64,000 nt of DNA from Bugula neritina (taxonomy: Eukaryota; Animalia; Bryozoa): NCBI GenBank assembly GCA_964035545.1, contig OZ037769.1, forward strand, positions 12,368,633 through 12,432,632, written 5' to 3'. The position numbers were made by a program, and so were the translations under genes. This document shows positions 61,501 to 64,000 of the stretch, piece after piece. The notes below the pieces were generated by a model. That model saw only the letters and a list, made by a program, of their open reading frames with translations, was not told the origin of the DNA and searched no databases. How positions within the stretch are numbered: position 1 is the stretch's first letter; each line of letters starts with the position of its first letter.

Positions 61501-64000
61501 TTGTGCAATAGTAAAGGCCAGTGTTTGTGTCGATTTGGGAATTCCAGCAAAACAGATAGCTCCAATTACAAATGTGTAAGAAATCTACTATCCTTTCTGA
61601 TTATCCTATGATTAATACATCTTGCCTATGAGTTTACTTAATTGTATATCTTTACCATGGTATAATTTATAGTTTTAACTAGATTATATGTTAACTAAAT
61701 GCTTGCTTAATAATTAGTTAGAACTCTTTTATTCTGAAAAATTCTAAAACATCAGCTTTAAAATATGTGGAGTATCCAAAAACCACAAATAGTTTGTTGT
61801 TTTTAGACTATTTATAGGACAAGTCATATAGTGAGATGTGTAAACTAATTTAATAAAGCAGCTTTTACAGCCTACTTTACTTTTTTAAAAAAATTGAATT
61901 GTTTTTGACAAGTTATAAGTTTGATAAATCTATTCTAGTAAAATTAGAAAAAAGAATCTCCAAGTAACTACCTAGTTAGACCAGTATCACATGTACCTCA
62001 GAGCATGAAAGGAAAAGTAGTATTTCCATATATTCAGTTATATTTATGATTCGAATGGGAGATAACACTCTTAGAAGCTTTACGCCAAAGCTCTTTAACT
62101 AAACATAAAGATTTACACTATATTTTAGCTACTTTAAAAAATAGAATCTTAATTGTAGGCACTTTTTAAGATTTCCTTCAAGTTTTAGAAAATCTCAAAA
62201 GTAACTTAAAATTGTATATACACATTAATTAACTGTAAACAGCTGTAGCATATTACATAACTTACTGAGTTGTTTGCTCGATTTGTTAGAAAGCAGTGCT
62301 TAGATCCATAACACCAGAGTATGGGCCAGCATCAGGGGGTACAGAAGTAACTATTACAGGAAGTTACATCATAGCCCATAGCACAGTAACGATGACCAGC
62401 ACAACACACTCAGCAAAAGTTTATACAAGGAAAGCAACTCCAAAGAAGTGAGCTATTTTTAAATAAATAACTTTATAATCTTCAGCATAATTCACATCAA
62501 AATAATTTTTACCTTTGAGGAAGTTTATAACCAACTTGAGTACACCAATGGGTTTTGTTGTAGCCGAGTGGTGCCTGGCATGCTTAAAAAACCACCAAAA
62601 TGAGTGTTTTGCTTGATCTCAAAGCTCTCAAAATTCTATATTTTGTCACTCTTTTCAGGAGTAATAAAGATGGATTAGAACAAATAGTGTTTGTAACTCC
62701 AGTCTCCCAAGGAACTGAGGACAAGTTTATCATTCGGCTTGCTGGTGGAGTGCTAGAGACTTCAACTCTCCTGACGTTCAGTTACAGACCTGATCCAGTT
62801 GTGACATTTGTGAGATCTAGGAATATAAATGTTGAGTAGGTTATGCAAAGACTGTGCCAACTTTTAGACTATTGGCATATCTTTACATATCTGAATAGGC
62901 CTGAAGCACTATAAATGGTAAAATTATCATAAAATGCAAACAAATAGATTTCAATAACAGCTTGTAGCCTAACTACTGCTACCAACTTTCTAGAGTAGTA
63001 TGTATAATTGGTTGTTATTTCTTTGATAAAGTAGGACAATTATATTATACGTAGGTACCTTTAGTATCCACAAACCAATAGCCTGTTACTTGACAGTGAC
63101 TGCCTTGCATTTTCTAGAGGTGGACTAGAAGTGAAAGTGGTGGGAGACAACTTCAACTCAGTAGCTCATATCCGTCTGCTCACACACCTACATTGCCTGA
63201 CCACTGGAAAATATTACAAGACTGTTTCTTCAGTGAGTAATCTTAATTGAAAATACAGTCTTTACATTATACTTTGCTTACTAATCAGAGAGAGTTAATC
63301 ATTAAACAGCTGCCTAGTTTATGGGATCAGTTTAAATGGTGGGGTGAAATATCGAATCACTTTCTGAGATTACAGTTTGATATTTTATAATTTTTCTAAA
63401 GACTGCTCAGTGACTCAACAGTCAATGCTGAGATATATTTGGCTCATCGCAAACCAAAAAAGACAATGTATAAGTATATCATTATCAAGTAAATAAACAG
63501 TTGCAGCTGTCTAAGTACAGAACTTTTTTTATAGCAAATGAGATTTGTAGTGCAGCACCAACAATGGCACCAACAGCACCACCATAAGACAAAACTGTAA
63601 AACTTTTACCCCGCCCCCACTATAATTCCTATATAAGCAAGTGCGATAACCATTACACCCCAGAAGCTACTGGGGAAACTCAACACTACAGACACCAATT
63701 CTTTAATCTAGTACTGTAAAAAATCAAAGTGTACTAGTTAGTTTGATGTGTTATTAGCTAGATCTCAATGTGTGCAAATATTGTTTTCACCACACTGACA
63801 TTTTTGCACTGAACTTATCTTTTTATTGAACAGAGCTGTCAGGGGAATGAGACATTTCTTATTTGTATTACCCCAAAACTCACTGAGGAGTTGCTGAGAA
63901 TAGAATGTGTCAGGACTCAACGTCTGCGAAGAAGAACCAACACTGTGCTACGAACTGATTACAGTGAGATATACGCTGTCTTGGGTCTACAATTTGATGG
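53267..64000 (+). CDS. Large secreted or cell-surface protein, 3' end outside the window: signal peptide, LamG-like, laminin N-terminal-like, 2 laminin-EGF-like and 2 IPT/TIG domains (usherin-like head, plexin-like stalk), >830 aa
   Basis: Exons 53267-53494, 54795-54924, 55153-55318, 55525-55753, 56525-56730, 57469-57629, 58523-58674, 59020-59192, 59708-59833, 60532-60701, 61421-61575, 62290-62447, 62659-62835, 63118-63232, 63834-64000+ join in phase with no stops. Motifs: [14 protein letters not shown]; [25 protein letters not shown]; [20 protein letters not shown]; [19 protein letters not shown]; FSYRPDPVV; [15 protein letters not shown]; LICITPKL. Confidence 0.85.
55330..55505. repeat. (TA)n microsatellite with CA interruptions filling a short intron
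   Basis: Direct reading; intron 55319-55524. Confidence 0.95.
57866..58110. repeat. AT-rich 19/21-bp minisatellite
   Basis: Unit TATTATGTATTATATGTTA(TA). Confidence 0.9.
60012..60487 (-). mobile_element. MITE family B, copy 6, interrupted by a second element
   Basis: AGTGCTCTCTCTGTATCTCACTCAGCTACGAGTCC precedes the insert and AAACCTTAATTCGTG...TTTAACTCACGAATCC...TAAGCCACGAAACAGGGTCCAAGCC follows it. These segments are contiguous in the other copies. Confidence 0.8.
60055..60335. mobile_element. MITE family C (PIF/Harbinger-like) nested in MITE B
   Basis: 26-bp TIRs AGGCCTGGCCTCATGCTCGTGAGAAT / ATTCTCATGAGTGTGTGGCCAGGCCT. Flanks are TGA and TAA, one mismatch from a TAA-type 3-bp target duplication. 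Confidence 0.75.
63602..63690 (-). mobile_element. Degenerate second copy of the tRNA-like repeat at 4218-4313
   Basis: AGCAAGTGCGATAACCATTACACCCCAGAAGCTACTGGGGAAACTCAACACTACA resembles AGCAGGTGGGCTAATCAATTACACCACAGGCGCCATTGGGTAAACTCAACACTACA. Confidence 0.6.

Noticed and set aside
53267-64000. Assigning USH2A or a PLXN gene symbol to the last gene
   Set aside because: The domain order fits neither: no FN3 array, no Sema/PSI domain, and the C-terminus lies outside the window.

Overview
AT-rich, intron-rich animal genomic DNA, probably a non-vertebrate metazoan; the taxon cannot be fixed from the sequence. Seven spliced protein-coding genes were reconstructed by hand with phase-consistent GT-AG introns: CYBA/p22phox (+), a pyrroline-5-carboxylate reductase (+), RAD21 (+), a type-I membrane C-type lectin (+), an IFRD1/IFRD2-family gene (-), a class C 7TM receptor without a Venus flytrap domain (+), and the 5' part of a large cell-surface protein (+) that runs off the window. 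Repeats include a tRNA-derived SINE family (5 copies), a TA-flanked MITE family (6 copies, one with a second MITE nested in it), a 1.3 kb TIR element, a foldback hairpin and many minisatellites. Three signals stand out. (1) The last gene joins an usherin-type N-terminus (LamG-like, laminin-N, laminin-EGF) to plexin-type IPT repeats and has no Sema domain. (2) Tandem repeats repeatedly start at splice sites and copy them, including 9 copies of the IFRD1 terminal acceptor of which only the last gives the conserved C-terminus. (3) Drifting 6-bp-periodic tracts lie just downstream of the first exon or CpG patch at four loci. Homology statements come from recalled motifs, not from database searches.
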